A DNA stretch of 64,000 bases from Macrostomum lignano. Lineage: Eukaryota. Shown here in pieces: positions 61,626 to 64,000 of the stretch. The stretch covers positions 186,001-250,000 of the forward strand of contig NIVC01000561.1 of the NCBI GenBank assembly GCA_002269645.1, read 5' to 3'. The notes beneath the pieces are model-generated. The model did not search any database and was not told where the DNA came from. It was given only the letters and a program-made list of their open reading frames with translations. Numbering within the stretch: position 1 is the first letter of the stretch; every line of letters starts with the position of its first letter. The position numbers were made by a program, and so were the translations under genes.

Positions 61626-64000
61626 GGGTGGGTGGCTTCGGGGCAGAGAGTTTTGGGACTGTGGGTGGCTTTGGGGCAGAGAGTTTTGGGACTGTGGTGG
61701 CCCGGGGCAGAGAGTTTTGGGACTGTGGGTGGCCTCGGGCAGAGAGTTTTGGGGTGGGTGGTTTCGGGGCAGAGAGTTTTGGGACTGTGGTGGCCCCGGG
61801 GCAGAGAGTTTTGGGGTGGGTGGCTTCGGGGCAGAGAGTTTTGGGACTGTGGGTGGCCCCGGGGCAGAGAGTTTTGGGGTGGGTGGCTTCGGGGCAGAGA
61901 GTTTTGGGTGGGTGGCTTCGGGGCAGAGAGTTTTGGGGTGGGTGGCTTCGGGGAAGAGAGTTTTGGGTGGGTGGCTTCGGGGAAGAGAGTTTTGGGTGGG
62001 TGGCTTCGGGCAGAGAGTTTTGGGGTGGGTGGCTTCGGGGAAGAGAGTTTTGGGTGGGTGGCTTCGGGGCAGAGAGTTTTGGGGCGGGTGGCTTCGGGGC
62101 AGAGAGTTTTGGGGTGGGTGGCTTCGGGGCAGAGAGTTTTGGGTGGGTGGCTTCGGGGCAGAGAGTTTTGAGACGGTGAGCTATGAGGCAGAGATATCGG
62201 TATGGGAATGTGGTAGAAAGTACACAGCATTTATGCACTTTAAATATTTAAGTATAATTCACTGTTTGTACTTTTAGCGACAGCGATATCAGACATGAAA
62301 TGGAGGACCTGCAAAAGCAGAATTCCGCGTTGAAAGAGGTTTTGAGAAAGCGTGACACCCTGATCGCCGAACTGGACTTGAAACTGAGCAGGTGAGGAGG
62401 AAATACTCAATTGATACACTATTTAAACTATGGACAACTAAAGTTTAACAAACACTAAACTCGCAGAACGGTGATAAACTTTGTCGTGTGTTCTGTACTT
62501 TTCCTAGACAATCCTTTCGAATCCAGATTTTCAACCAAATTTGTCTATGGCCAGATCATGGACTACTTAAGAGAGTCCGGGGGCCAAATCCCATTGAACA
62601 TTTTGCCGAAAAATAAAACCTTTGCAAAATCTGTTTAGAAAAGCACAATTACCAGCCCGTATTGTGAGCATACGGGCTCACAACAACTGTGTTGTGAGCA
62701 TCGCTGCTCTCCAAAAGTACAGTTTCAGCTTTTTTAACTTGTGAATTCAAGAATGTAAGATATCTTGAATGTTTGCTAAAATAAGACGTTGAAAACTGAA
62801 GACTCCCTGTCTCGCGAATGCATTTAGCATTATATAAGTAAACATTGTTCCGTAATTCTGCTGAGTTCCTTAATAGCAAACCTGCTTCTTTAACCATCCA
62901 TAGACTTGAGCAGCTGGAGAATGCTCAAAAAGATAACGGGTAAAACAATTCGATAATTAAATAACACATTTTGCACTAGATGTATACATTGTAGTCTTTG
63001 TTCCCATAATCTCGAGCATGTTTCCCACTTTCCTAACCACTTGAGCAACAATTTCACACTGCACAACAGTTGGCATGCTCGATCGAGACTGCACTTTTGG
63101 AATGACTAAACATTTAACCTCAATTCTATCATAGATATTCGATGCTATCCAATCTATTTCTGTTGAGTTCATGCTTCTGTTGTTGACCTTGCCAGACTGG
63201 CACAGTAATTTAATCCTTTGCTGTCAAAAAGAAGCTAGTCTTAATAATACCTTTCCCAGCTAAAGAAGTCACGATTTCCCGACACAACGCCAATCTTTCA
63301 GAGCCCTCAGATTTAACGTCACTCGCGCCGGGCCGCCGAGGTTCAAGTCCGAATCGTGAGTGCATTCTCATGCTTAGAGACAAGCCTTCGAAGTCTGCTG
63401 TATTTTTTCAACCAGATTTTTCCAGTAAAACCGACTTAGCAACAGTTTCTGCTGTAGATTCCTAAAGTACTTGGAGGCCTAAGAGATGAGGCGGTTTTAT
63501 TTAGTTGTAAGAGATTGCTCGTGCATGTATGGTGATCAATGGGTCTATGCGACTTTTGAGCTTTGACTGACAGGATCACATTTTAAGGACCAAAAATTGT
63601 CTGCAGTCTCTAAAAATAACCTTAACACTAAAAAACCTAATCCTAACCTAAACAGCCAGAACTCCAGCGCTTTGATTGTTTGGAGTTCTTGTTAATGACT
63701 GAAAACTTGCTAAGTAGCTCTTCCGTTTCCTATTGTTGTACTTAAAAGTAACTTGAAGGTACAGCCAACCCAATCTCTGAATTTCCACACAGAGCCATGC
63801 TAGACTGGATAAAAGAGAAATCGGACAACCTGCGCCACCTAGAGGAGCAGTGCCGCGTACTGCAGAATAACAATCGATTTGTGAACAGCGAAGTTCGACG
63901 AATCACCTCGCTGAGACACATGGAACAGGAGAAGTTTCGAAATCAGGACAAGTAATCAGATTTGCTTTTTACTTTCGTTTTACAGCTAGTTGGAGAGGTG
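61626..64000 (+). repeat. inverted near-identical copy of ~57469-59820, including two TBC1D2-like exons (62278-62391, 63793-63951)
   Basis: The window end is the reverse complement of 57469 onward; the duplicated ORFs (MNSTEIDW..., MVKEAGLL...) appear on both strands; a few SNPs and indels differ. Confidence 0.95.

Noticed and set aside
59192-62277. Many 180-430-aa ORFs (PEATHPK/GREFW repeats, poly-X)
   Set aside because: Tandem repeat and N-gap translations.

Overview
Animal (eukaryotic) genomic DNA: GC-rich exons inside AT-rich, minisatellite-laden introns, with one 665-N assembly gap (60961-61625). The style resembles a free-living flatworm such as Macrostomum, but this is inference only. 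There are five protein-coding genes: (1) TAF4 with an intronless CDS (minus); (2,3) two divergent tandem hnRNP U/SAF-A-family genes (SPRY + P-loop, no visible SAP or RGG); (4) an ankyrin-repeat/Mab-21 cGAS-like nucleotidyltransferase (cGLR) with intact catalytic motifs; (5) a multi-exon TBC1D2-like Rab-GAP with a C-terminal propeller-like region (minus), running into the gap and partly duplicated in inverted orientation after it. Mobile elements: a recent 4.1-kb Ty3/Gypsy element with identical LTRs but no protease or RT; a GIY-YIG Penelope-like element with an SGNH-like ORF1, a deleted RT core and two minimal type I hammerhead ribozymes, set in (CT)n; a 3.2-kb Tc1/IS630-like element lacking its DDE core and carrying nested inserts; a CORE-type SINE; and several MITEs. 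The strongest candidates for something new are the ANK-cGLR receptor and the hammerhead/SGNH Penelope element with its retrozyme-like mini-unit.
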